From: Lachnospiraceae bacterium
Lineage (GTDB): Bacteria > Bacillota > Clostridia > Lachnospirales > Lachnospiraceae
Assembly: GCA_963617435.1 (NCBI GenBank)
Contig: CAVEOS010000003.1
Coordinates: 318 to 64,317 of the forward strand
Length of the DNA stretch: 64,000 nt
Direction: 5' to 3'
The position numbers and the translations under genes were made by a program. Positions within the stretch are counted from its first letter, which is position 1; every line of letters starts with the position of its first letter. Shown here piece by piece: positions 29,078 to 37,948 of the stretch. A model generated the notes under the pieces. That model was not told the DNA's origin, ran no database searches, and saw only the letters and a list, made by a program, of their open reading frames with translations.

Positions 29078-30370
29078 ATGCAGTCTTATCAGGAAATGAG
29101 CAGAGAGGAATTATTAAAAGAAAAAGAAAGCCTGGAACAGCAGTACAAAGAAATCTGCAAAAAAGGCTTGAAACTGGATATGTCCAGAGGTAAACCATCC
29201 AAAGAACAGCTTGAGCTGTCCATGCCGATGATGGACGTTCTGACCAGCCAGACTCCGTTAGTCAGCAGAGCCGGTACAGATATCCGTAACTACGGTGTGA
29301 TCGATGGTATCACAGAAGGACAGGAATTCATCGCAAGCTTAGTCGGACTTGGCCCGGAAGCATACGACAATGTTATTGTTTACGGAAATGCAAGTCTGAA
29401 CATCATGTATGACTGCATTGCACGTTCCATGCTGTTTGGTGTAAACGGAAGCACACCATGGTGCAAACTGGATAAAGTAAAATGGCTCTGTCCGGTTCCT
29501 GGATATGATCGTCATTTTGCCATCACAGAGTGCTTTGGCATCGAGATGATCAATGTACCGCTTTACGAAGACGGTCCGGACATGGATATGGTAGAAAAAT
29601 TAGTAAGCGAAGATGACAGCATCAAAGGTATCTGGTGTGTACCGAAATATTCCAACCCGATGGGAACATCCTACTCTGACGAGACAGTCCGCAGACTGGC
29701 CCGCTTAAAACCGGCAGCAGAAGACTTCCGTATTTACTGGGATAACGCTTACTGTGTACATGATCTGTACGAGGACAAGGCAGATCAGATCCTTGAGATC
29801 CTTGGCGAGTGTGAGAAAGCCGGAAACCCGAACCTTCCAATCGAGTTCTGCTCCACATCCAAGATCACATTCTCAGGTGCAGGTGTATCCGGACTGATCA
29901 CAAGTCTTGAGAACAAAGCAGACATTCTGAAACGTCTGACCATTCAGACCATCGGATTTGACAAAATCAACCAGTTGCGTCACGTAAAATTCTTAAAAGA
30001 TATTGATGGCGTAAAAGCACATATGGCAAAGCATGCAGCAATCATCCGTCCGAAATTCGAGATGATCCTGGATCGTTTTGATGAAGAACTGACAGGACTT
30101 GGCGCAGGAAGCTGGATCCGTCCGAACGGTGGATACTTTATCACATTCATGGCAAATGAAGGCTGTGCAAAGAACATCGTTGCAAAAGCAAAAGAGGCAG
30201 GCGTTGTTCTGACAGGCGCAGGTGCACCGTATCCATACAAAAAAGATCCGAAGGATTCCGTGATCCGTATCGCTCCGACACTTCCGCCAATGGAAGAACT
30301 GAAAGAGGCCTGCGAGGTATTTATCGTTTGTGCAAAACTTGCAAGCGTGGAGAAACTGTTAGAGGCATAA
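29078..30370 (+). CDS. PLP-dependent aminotransferase (putative aspartate aminotransferase type)
   Basis: 430 aa. LDMSRGKPSKEQLELS and FCSTSKITFSGAGVS (lysine) are typical of this clostridial/Bacteroides aminotransferase family. The SD is aggagg. Confidence 0.7.
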   Translation: MQSYQEMSREELLKEKESLEQQYKEICKKGLKLDMSRGKPSKEQLELSMPMMDVLTSQTPLVSRAGTDIRNYGVIDGITEGQEFIASLVGLGPEAYDNVIVYGNASLNIMYDCIARSMLFGVNGSTPWCKLDKVKWLCPVPGYDRHFAITECFGIEMINVPLYEDGPDMDMVEKLVSEDDSIKGIWCVPKYSNPMGTSYSDETVRRLARLKPAAEDFRIYWDNAYCVHDLYEDKADQILEILGECEKAGNPNLPIEFCSTSKITFSGAGVSGLITSLENKADILKRLTIQTIGFDKINQLRHVKFLKDIDGVKAHMAKHAAIIRPKFEMILDRFDEELTGLGAGSWIRPNGGYFITFMANEGCAKNIVAKAKEAGVVLTGAGAPYPYKKDPKDSVIRIAPTLPPMEELKEACEVFIVCAKLASVEKLLEA

Positions 30371-30401
30371 TGCATTGTAATTGTTAATAAGATAAAAGTT
30401 A

Positions 30402-30447
30402 AAACAGACATTCTGGATTCGAAAGAAACGGGATGTCTGTTTTTTTA
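30402..30447 (+). terminator. rho-independent terminator
   Basis: aaacagacat ... atgtctgttt followed by ttttt. Confidence 0.8.
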
Positions 30448-30459
30448 TAGTTGAAAAAC

Positions 30460-30510
30460 AAGCGATAAAAATGAGCGATAAAAAAACGAGCAATAAAAAC
30501 AAGCGATAAA
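30460..30510 (+). repeat. four direct repeats of (A/G)AGC(G/A)ATAAA at 13-15-nt spacing
   Basis: aagcgataaaaa / gagcgataaaaaa / gagcaataaaaa / aagcgataaa, starting at 30460, 30473, 30488 and 30501. Confidence 0.7.
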
Positions 30511-30640
30511 TTCAAGCTTGTAGAAAGTACTGGTCGCACGCAAAAAGTTATGATATACTTACCAAAGACACATAAAAATAGCAAAATACATCTGAAAACA
30601 AAAGTAAAAAACTTCAGATGCTTGATAAGGAGGACATAAA

Positions 30641-31030
30641 ATGTTAGAAGCAGGAATCAAAGGGGAACAGAGCGTAGAAGTTGTATATGAGAATACAGCA
30701 ACAGCAGTAGGTAGCGGCGTACTGGAAGTATTCGGAACACCATGCATGCTTGCATTAATGGAAAAAACAGCAAGCGAGAGCGTTGCTCCATATCTGGAAG
30801 AAGGCTGTGGCAGCGTTGGTACACAGGTAAATATCAGTCACGTAGCAGCAACTCCAATCGGAATGACTGTTCGCTGCGAAACAGAGCTTACCGAAGTAGA
30901 CGGACGCCGCCTCGTATTCAAAGTAGCAGCTTATGATGAAGTGGGTCTGATCGGTGAAGGAGCACATGAGCGTTTTATCGTACAGAACGAGAAATTCCAG
31001 ACAAAAGCCAACAACAAACTTGCAAAGTAA
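30641..31030 (+). CDS. hotdog-fold thioesterase family protein
   Basis: 129 aa. GVLEVFGTPCMLALMEKTASESV...GTQVNISHVAATPIGMTV resembles FlK/YbdB-like thioesterases. The SD is aaggagg. Confidence 0.65.
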   Translation: MLEAGIKGEQSVEVVYENTATAVGSGVLEVFGTPCMLALMEKTASESVAPYLEEGCGSVGTQVNISHVAATPIGMTVRCETELTEVDGRRLVFKVAAYDEVGLIGEGAHERFIVQNEKFQTKANNKLAK

Positions 31031-31134
31031 TTGGAAGAACATGTAGGTATAGGAACTGCTATTAAAAATAATTGCAAGTATTATATGCTACCAGATGAAT
31101 TTGTCTAATAGTAGAGTATTTTCATAACTGAAAT

Positions 31135-31311
31135 AGCGGAATCGAGAACTCCCTCTGTGATAAGCGATTAAGTAAACGACTGAGTTTTGCGAGTTTTGCG
31201 CGAACGGGAAACGACCAGCTTTTATCGGAGTTGGAAGTGAGCGCGATAAAACCGAAGCAAAACGAGGGCAGTGCACGACTAGCGTTCACAGAAGGAGTTC
31301 TCGGTTTCGCT
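31135..31311 (+). repeat. Rep-D element copy 1: 122-nt conserved core (31162-31283) inside 26-bp copy-specific inverted arms
   Basis: The arms are agcggaatcgagaactccctctgtga and tcacagaaggagttctcggtttcgct, with 3 mismatches. The core is ~97% identical to the reverse complement of 56985-57107. Confidence 0.8.
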
Positions 31312-31389
31312 TTATTATGGTACAATAAAAATCAACTAATACATAGCATAAATACAAGTAACGAACCACAGGAAAGGATGGGTTTCCTT

Positions 31390-32775
31390 ATGGAACAGAG
31401 AAAGAAGAAAGAAAAAAACAGAGAAATAGACATGCTGCATGGAAAACTTGCCGGAAAGCTGATCATGTTTGCCCTGCCGCTTGCTTTCAGTACAATTCTG
31501 CAGCAGCTGTTCAACTCAGCCGATGTGGCCGTTGTGGGACGTTTTGCAGGAAGCAGCGCACTGGCCGCAGTGGGAAGCTGTGTAGCTCTGGTTGGCATTT
31601 TTGTAAATCTGATCACAGGACTTTCCGTAGGACCAAACGCGGCGCTGGCAAATCTGATCGGACAGGGAAAGCGGGAACAGATCAGCAGCATGCTGCATAC
31701 AATCCTAACCTTTGGACTGGTGCTTGGAATCGGACTGATGATACTTGGATTTCTGATCGCGAAACCGATCCTGGTATTGTCAGGAACTCCGGACAGCGTC
31801 ATGGATCAGGCATTGTTGTACATCCGAATCTATTTCTTAAGTATTCCGTTTATGGTACTTTACAATTTTGGCGCGGCGGCACTGCGAAGCTATGGAGAGA
31901 GCAAACGCCCGATGTACTATCTGTTAGTTGCGGGAGCTGTAAATGTCGTACTGAATCTGCTTTTGGTAGTAGGAGTACATCTTGGCGTGGAAGGTGTTGC
32001 AATCGGTACACTGGCTTCCAATCTGCTGAGTGCATCCATGGTTCTGATCTGTTTGTATCGAAGAGAGGATGAATTTCAGTTCCGTTTTGGCAGAATGCAG
32101 ATTCAAAAAGCATTTTTACGGAGAGTATTGGCGATTGGTGTTCCGGCAGGAATCCAGGGCGCAATTTTTTCTGTATCCAATGTGTTTATCCAGAGTGGCA
32201 TCAATTCTTTCGGCGAAGATGCCATTGCCGGAGCTTCTGTCGGACTGAATTTTGAATATTTTACTTATGCAATCGCCTGTGCCTTTGCGCAGGGAGCCGT
32301 AACCTTTACCAGTCAGAATTACGGAGCCGGCAATCTGAAACGGTGTAAGAAAATATTTGCCCTGAGTATGCTCTTTGGCTTAGGATTTACTGAGATTCTG
32401 AGCATGATCTTTATCGCAGGCGGCGATACGTTTGTACATATTTATACGGCGAGCGACGCGGTAGCCATGTATGCACTGATCCGAATGCAGCATGTCTGCT
32501 CACTGGAAGGTTTGACCGCAACTTATGAAGTGGAGAGTGCGGCATTGCGTGGTATGGGAAAATCACTGGAACCGGCGATCATTACGATTCTGGGAACGGT
32601 TGTATTTCGTATGATCTGGATGGTAACCATCTTTAAGTGGGTTCCGACCTATAACATGCTGATGAACGTCTATGTGGCATCCTGGATATTTACCGGAGGG
32701 CTGATTTTCATCATCTACATGAAGTTTATGAAAAAGATTGAGAAGGAACGAGCATCCATGCAGAAAAATAAGTAA
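31390..32775 (+). CDS. MATE-family efflux transporter
   Basis: Real start is likely ATG 31390 (or 31378); the ORF-track start at 31231 lies inside the Rep-D repeat. KLIMFALPLAFSTILQQLFNSADVAVVGRF is a typical MATE N-terminus. Confidence 0.8.
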   Translation: MEQRKKKEKNREIDMLHGKLAGKLIMFALPLAFSTILQQLFNSADVAVVGRFAGSSALAAVGSCVALVGIFVNLITGLSVGPNAALANLIGQGKREQISSMLHTILTFGLVLGIGLMILGFLIAKPILVLSGTPDSVMDQALLYIRIYFLSIPFMVLYNFGAAALRSYGESKRPMYYLLVAGAVNVVLNLLLVVGVHLGVEGVAIGTLASNLLSASMVLICLYRREDEFQFRFGRMQIQKAFLRRVLAIGVPAGIQGAIFSVSNVFIQSGINSFGEDAIAGASVGLNFEYFTYAIACAFAQGAVTFTSQNYGAGNLKRCKKIFALSMLFGLGFTEILSMIFIAGGDTFVHIYTASDAVAMYALIRMQHVCSLEGLTATYEVESAALRGMGKSLEPAIITILGTVVFRMIWMVTIFKWVPTYNMLMNVYVASWIFTGGLIFIIYMKFMKKIEKERASMQKNK

Positions 32776-32872
32776 TAACTGGTTCGTCACCCTTGATAAA
32801 TGAAATTGGTAGGATAAGATAAAAGTGGTAGATAACTTGAAGTTATAAAAGGGGTGAGAAGGTTATGATAAA

Positions 32873-33760
32873 TTGTACTACTTTTACATAATTACACTAC
32901 AGGGAAGCATGAATCAGGCGGCACAGAAGCTGGACATCAGACAACCGGCTATCAGTAAAGCGGTCAAGGATCTGGAAGCATTTTTTGGAGTGACGTTGTT
33001 TGACCGTGACAAGCGGAATCTGCTGCTGACTCCTGCAGGAGAAACGCTGCGCAGGGAATGTGTGCGGATCTTTTCAGAAGAGGAACGTCTGCTTCACCAG
33101 ATGCGGCAGTTTCAGGATGATACACAGAAAAATCTGCGGTTCGGTTATATGGTGTACAAGGAAATTTACCAGATGCAGGACGTGTTTGATGGATTTGCAA
33201 AGGAACATAAAAATGTGCATCTGGATACAACATCGTATATTGAACGGACAACGTTGACGACAGATCTGGTGGCGGGGAAAATCGATGTGGGGTTAAAACT
33301 TTTTACGCTGGAAGACGTGATACCGGAACTGGATTACCGTATTCTGGAGGAATCCCATCCGGCTGTGATCATGAATGAAATTCATCCGTTTGTCGGAAGA
33401 AAAGAATTAAATATATCGGAACTGTCCGCAGAAAAATTTGTTTTTTTAGGAAAGGACGCTTCTTCCAGCGAGTACAGCAATACGAGGGAATGGTGCCAGA
33501 GATGCGGATTTGAACCAAACGTAGTGGAATGTTTCGATCATGTGGGAATGGTTCTGATGATGGTAAAGAGCGGGTTTGGGATCACGATCCTGTCCGATTG
33601 GGCTCCGATGGATCATATGAATGGACTGATGACAGTTCCACTGGTCAATGCGCCGGTTTTGTATACAGGGCTGTTCTGGCGCAAAGACAGAGTGGATCTG
33701 GGATTGATCCAGTTTGTGGATTATTATTGCAATATGGTGAATAAAAGAGAGAAAAAGTAA
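32873..33760 (+). CDS. LysR-family transcriptional regulator
   Basis: The HTH is GSMNQAAQKLDIRQPAISKAVKDLEAFFGVTLFDR, followed by a LysR substrate domain. The only in-frame start is TTG 32873; an ATG 8 nt upstream is out of frame. Confidence 0.75.
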   Translation: MYYFYIITLQGSMNQAAQKLDIRQPAISKAVKDLEAFFGVTLFDRDKRNLLLTPAGETLRRECVRIFSEEERLLHQMRQFQDDTQKNLRFGYMVYKEIYQMQDVFDGFAKEHKNVHLDTTSYIERTTLTTDLVAGKIDVGLKLFTLEDVIPELDYRILEESHPAVIMNEIHPFVGRKELNISELSAEKFVFLGKDASSSEYSNTREWCQRCGFEPNVVECFDHVGMVLMMVKSGFGITILSDWAPMDHMNGLMTVPLVNAPVLYTGLFWRKDRVDLGLIQFVDYYCNMVNKREKK

Positions 33761-33772
33761 TAGTTGATATAT

Positions 33773-34360
33773 TTATTTCTGTTCTTTTAGCGTCGGAATC
33801 GTTCCATACAGCATATGCCGTTCCATCATGGTTGTAATCTGACTGGCGGAAACGGTATCACTGTGGGAAAACCACCAGCGGACGGTGACGAGAAAATTGT
33901 TTACCAGCAATTTCGCATACCAGTCGGCAAGCTGTTTTTTCTCCGGTGAGATCGTTGGATGATTTAAAATTTCTGCTTCCACCTTGCGGGCTCCGGCATT
34001 CATCATCTCATCGAAGACATTCCGGCCAAGCAGGTTCTGGTTCCACAAAATTTTCAGTCTCTGTTTTTGCGTGCACAGGCGGCTTAATCCGTCCTGCAAG
34101 GAACGTGTATGTACTTCATCCTCAATATCCATATGGAGAAAATCTACTTCCATGTGTTCTGCAAAATCCCGGACAATTTCATCCACAATCTCATCTCTCA
34201 GCTCATATTTATCAGAAAAATAGCGATAAAACGTAGAGCGGTTGATCAGAGCCTGTTCTGCAATCTGCCCTACGGTTATCTGTGAAAAATCGTCTTTTTC
34301 CAGACAGTCAAAAAAAGTCTGAATGATCAGTGATTTCATTCTTTCTGCGCGATGATCCAT
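33773..34360 (-). CDS. TetR/AcrR-family transcriptional regulator
   Basis: Start at ATG 34360 (SD ggaaaagg). FSQITVGQIAEQALINRSTFYRYFSDKYEL is a canonical TetR HTH. Confidence 0.85.
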   Translation of the reverse strand: MDHRAERMKSLIIQTFFDCLEKDDFSQITVGQIAEQALINRSTFYRYFSDKYELRDEIVDEIVRDFAEHMEVDFLHMDIEDEVHTRSLQDGLSRLCTQKQRLKILWNQNLLGRNVFDEMMNAGARKVEAEILNHPTISPEKKQLADWYAKLLVNNFLVTVRWWFSHSDTVSASQITTMMERHMLYGTIPTLKEQK

Positions 34361-34736
34361 AATAATTTTTACCTTTTCCTTTTTTGGTTTTCCTGAAATT
34401 CCTGCGATAGAGAATTCCAAGATCAAACTGTCATATGTTCAGGACAAAATGTTCTGTCAGACATTATTTCCTATAATCAGAATATAACAGAATCATAGCA
34501 TGATTTCCTGTACTTATCCAGATACAATGCAACAAAAACAACTAAAATGTCGCAAAATAAAACAGTGAAAAATAAGCTGATGTTTGAAGTAAAGGGGGGA
34601 ATTCTGATACAGTCTAAGTAACAGAAAACAGTTCGTATTCACAGAAAAAATTACTGAGAAATGGGAATTTTGAAGGGGAATACAGACTGAAATTATTGTT
34701 TGGTATTATTTTTTTGAAAGGATAAGGTAAGAGATT

Positions 34737-36773
34737 ATGGCAGAAAAAAATCAGTATTTTCCACATTTATTTGAGCCGTTAAAAGTTGGTTCAAAAACAA
34801 TCAAAAACCGTATTGAGGCAGCTCCTGCATTGTTTGCATTTGAGCATTATATTGAGCTGGATCCGGATCCATTTGGTTATACAAGACCGGTACCGGAGCG
34901 TGCATTCCGTATGCTGGAGGCAAAGGCAAAAGGTGGCGCCGGTATCGTCTGTTTCGGTGAGTTAAGTCCGAACCACGAGTATGACAAACGTTTCCCGTTT
35001 GAGCCGTACATTGATTTTACATCCAGATCCGATAAAACATTTGAAATCACAAAGAAAACTGCTGAGATGATCAAAAGCTATGGCGCGCTGGCCATCGGTG
35101 AGCTGATTTCCTGTGGTGAGATCAAGACAAATATCGGAGACGGCATCAATCCGAAAGGACCGTCTGAGAAAGACCTTCCGGATGGAACTCATGTAGATGC
35201 ATTTACAAAAGAGGAGATTTTAAGCTGTTATCAGGATTATGTAACTGCCTGCAAATGGTTTGAGGCAGCAGGCTGGGAAGGCGTTATGATCCACTGCGGA
35301 CATGGCTGGCTTCCGGCACAGTTCCTTTCTCCACAGTACAACAAACGTACCGATGAGTACGGCGGATCCTTTGAAAACAGAGCAAGATTTACCGTTGACC
35401 TGTTAAAAACAATCCGTGAGGCTATGGGACCGGACTTCCTGATCGAGATCCGTGTCAGCAGTTCTGAGCATCTGCCAGGAGGCTTAGAGCTTGAGGATGC
35501 AATTAAATACTGTAAACTTTGTGAGCCGTACATCGACCTGATCCATGTATCCTGTGGCCATTATCTGAGTTCTTCCAGAAGCTGGGAGTTCACAACGGCT
35601 TACGCACCGCACGGACCGAATATCGAGCCGGCAGCAGTGATCAAACAGAACGTATCCATTCCGGTTGCAGCCGTTGGAGGTATCAACTCTCCGGAGCAGG
35701 CGGAAGAAGCAATCGCAGCAGGAAAAATCGATATGGTATCCATGGGACGTCAGTTCTTTGCAGATCCGGCCTTCCCGAACAAGGCAAAAGAGGGTCACGC
35801 AGATGAAATCCGTCGCTGCCTGCGCTGCGGAAGATGTTATCCGGGTCCGTCCGGCGAGCATGAGACAGAGATCTGGACGGTAAAATTCCCACCACTGGAT
35901 TCCTGTACCATCAACCCATACGACGTATGGCCGGCTTCTCATCATAAAGTAATGCCGGAGGATATGCCGAAACCGGAAGCAAGCCGTAAAGTATTAGTAG
36001 TAGGCGGCGGCTGCGGTGGTCTGCAGACAGCAATCACAGCAGCAGACAGAGGACATCAGGTAATTCTCTGTGAAAAATCTGGCGTATTAGGTGGTCTGAT
36101 CAACTTTACAGATCATACAGATCATAAAGTTGATATCAGAAACTTCAAAGATCTGCTGATCCGTGACGTGGAGAAACGTCCGATCGAAGTAAGATTAAAC
36201 TGTGAAGTAACACCGGAACTGATCAAAGAGATCGCTCCGGAAGCAGTTGTACTGGCCGTTGGATCCGATGATCTGATCCTTCCAATCGAAGGAATTGAAA
36301 ATGCGGTAACAGCAATGGACGTATATTACAACGATTTTGCAGGCCTTGGAAAGAGCACTATCGTACTTGGCGGCGGTCTGGTAGGTTGTGAGGCAGCTGC
36401 AGATTACATCGATCACGGTGTAGAGACAACCATCGTAGAGATGAAAGGCGCTCTGATGCCGGAGACAACCGGTCTGTACAGAACCGCTGTCCATGATTTC
36501 ATCGACAAAAACGGTGGCAAATACGAAGTAAACGCAAAAGTTGTAAAAGTCGGCAAAGATTTTGTCGTAACTGAGCAGGATGGCAAAGAGATCACCATCA
36601 AAGCAGATTCCGTTGTCAATGCAATGGGACGCCGCGCACATGCGACAGAAGCACTTGAGACAGCCATCAAAGAAGCTGGTATTCCGGTATGGAAGATCGG
36701 TGACTGTGTCCGCGCCCGCCAGATCGGTGATGCGGTAAGAGAAGGCTGGACCGCAGCAATGGAAATTATCTAA
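34737..36773 (+). CDS. OYE-like NADH:flavin oxidoreductase fused to an FAD/NAD(P)-binding domain (2,4-dienoyl-CoA reductase / BaiH-like family)
   Basis: 678 aa. It has an FMN TIM-barrel region (HCGHGWLPAQFLSPQYNKRTDEYGGSFENRARF), a Cys cluster (RRCLRCGRCYPG) and a Rossmann motif (VVGGGCGGLQTA). Confidence 0.85.
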   Translation: MAEKNQYFPHLFEPLKVGSKTIKNRIEAAPALFAFEHYIELDPDPFGYTRPVPERAFRMLEAKAKGGAGIVCFGELSPNHEYDKRFPFEPYIDFTSRSDKTFEITKKTAEMIKSYGALAIGELISCGEIKTNIGDGINPKGPSEKDLPDGTHVDAFTKEEILSCYQDYVTACKWFEAAGWEGVMIHCGHGWLPAQFLSPQYNKRTDEYGGSFENRARFTVDLLKTIREAMGPDFLIEIRVSSSEHLPGGLELEDAIKYCKLCEPYIDLIHVSCGHYLSSSRSWEFTTAYAPHGPNIEPAAVIKQNVSIPVAAVGGINSPEQAEEAIAAGKIDMVSMGRQFFADPAFPNKAKEGHADEIRRCLRCGRCYPGPSGEHETEIWTVKFPPLDSCTINPYDVWPASHHKVMPEDMPKPEASRKVLVVGGGCGGLQTAITAADRGHQVILCEKSGVLGGLINFTDHTDHKVDIRNFKDLLIRDVEKRPIEVRLNCEVTPELIKEIAPEAVVLAVGSDDLILPIEGIENAVTAMDVYYNDFAGLGKSTIVLGGGLVGCEAAADYIDHGVETTIVEMKGALMPETTGLYRTAVHDFIDKNGGKYEVNAKVVKVGKDFVVTEQDGKEITIKADSVVNAMGRRAHATEALETAIKEAGIPVWKIGDCVRARQIGDAVREGWTAAMEII

Positions 36774-36810
36774 TAGTTTGTTTTGTGACTGAAAATTTAA
36801 GATTTTGAAA

Positions 36811-36875
36811 GGGACTGAGTTCATTTTGTCTTCGCGGCTAACAATCGCCTGCTAAGAAAAAATGGACTCAGTCCC
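36811..36875 (-). repeat. Rep-A-family hairpin with different arm sequence (minus orientation)
   Basis: The minus strand reads gggactgagtccatttt / ttcttagcaggcgattgttagccgcgaagac / aaaatgaactcagtccc, preceded by gtaaatag as in other copies. Confidence 0.75.
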
Positions 36876-36921
36876 TATTTACGTACGTGGCAAAGGCAAA
36901 TAACAGTCCGTGAAAAATTTA

Positions 36922-36950
36922 TTGACAGAAAAACAAATTGTATATAAAAT
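36922..36950 (+). promoter_or_regulatory. candidate promoter upstream of ispE
   Basis: TTGACA (36922-36927), a 17-nt spacer, then TAAAAT (36945-36950). Confidence 0.4.
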
Positions 36951-37048
36951 AATACATAAGAATGTATACAAAATACGATATAAAATAAAAATCGTAGTTT
37001 TAATATGAAAATGTTCATGAAAAAGAGAGAGAAACGAGGGATGAATCA

Positions 37049-37921
37049 ATGGACGAAATAAGTTTGAAGGCACTTGCAAAAATTAACCTTGGACTGGATG
37101 TGCTTGGAAAACGTGAGGACGGATATCATGATGTGCGCATGATCATGCAGACCATTCACCTGTATGACCGTGTGGAAATCAAAAAGACACGTTCCCCGCA
37201 CATTCACGTAGAGACAAATCTGTATTATCTGCCGGTAAATGAGGACAATCTGGTGTACCGTGCAGCAAAGCTGATGAAAGATGAATTCCAGATCAAGGAA
37301 GGTGTCCGCATTGTCCTTCAGAAATTCATCCCGGTTGCAGCTGGTCTGGCTGGTGGAAGTTCTGATGCGGCAGCAGTTCTGGTTGGAATGAACCGTATTT
37401 TTAACCTTGGACTGAAGCAGAATAAACTGATGGAACTCGGACTGAAGATCGGAGCAGACGTACCATTCTGTATCATGCGTGGAACCGCTCTGGCAGAGGG
37501 AATCGGTGAGAAGCTGACCGCACTGCCGCCGATGCCGAAATGCCCGGTACTGATCGCAAAACCGGGAATTTCCGTATCTACCAAGACTGTTTACGAAGGA
37601 CTGAAACTCTATGACGGCATGGAGCATCCGGATATCGATGGCGTGATGGAGAGCATTCAGCAGAAAGATCTGAAAGGCGTAGCTTCCAATATGGGAAATA
37701 TCCTCGAGACCGTGACAATCCCGATGTATCCGGTGATCAATGATATCAAAAAACTGATGATGGAAAACGGTGCATTAAATGCCATGATGAGCGGCAGCGG
37801 ACCGACCGTATTCGGTTTATTCCCGAATGAGAAGGAAATCCGCCGGGCTTATGATGCGTTAAAGCAGTCCGGACTTGCAAAAAATGTATATACATCCGAC
37901 ATTCATAACAACAGAAGATAA
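37049..37921 (+). CDS. ispE: 4-diphosphocytidyl-2-C-methyl-D-erythritol kinase
   Basis: 290 aa. AKINLGLDVLGKREDGYHDV and the GHMP motif IPVAAGLAGGSSDAAAVL. Confidence 0.9.
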   Translation: MDEISLKALAKINLGLDVLGKREDGYHDVRMIMQTIHLYDRVEIKKTRSPHIHVETNLYYLPVNEDNLVYRAAKLMKDEFQIKEGVRIVLQKFIPVAAGLAGGSSDAAAVLVGMNRIFNLGLKQNKLMELGLKIGADVPFCIMRGTALAEGIGEKLTALPPMPKCPVLIAKPGISVSTKTVYEGLKLYDGMEHPDIDGVMESIQQKDLKGVASNMGNILETVTIPMYPVINDIKKLMMENGALNAMMSGSGPTVFGLFPNEKEIRRAYDALKQSGLAKNVYTSDIHNNRR

Positions 37922-37948
37922 ACACGAAAAAAGAGGGGGAAACAGACT

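Noticed and set aside
30460-30510. Checked whether the short direct repeats here, or the 38-nt tandem repeats at 56160-56272, could be a CRISPR array.
   Set aside because: The repeats are too short or degenerate. They are contiguous without unique spacers of regular length, and there are no cas genes.
31231-31389. Upstream extension of the second MATE gene (MEVSAIKPKQNEGSARLA...).
   Set aside because: This stretch is the Rep-D repeat. The same peptide string appears in another spurious ORF at 56876-57082 on the opposite strand. The real start is at 31378 or 31390.
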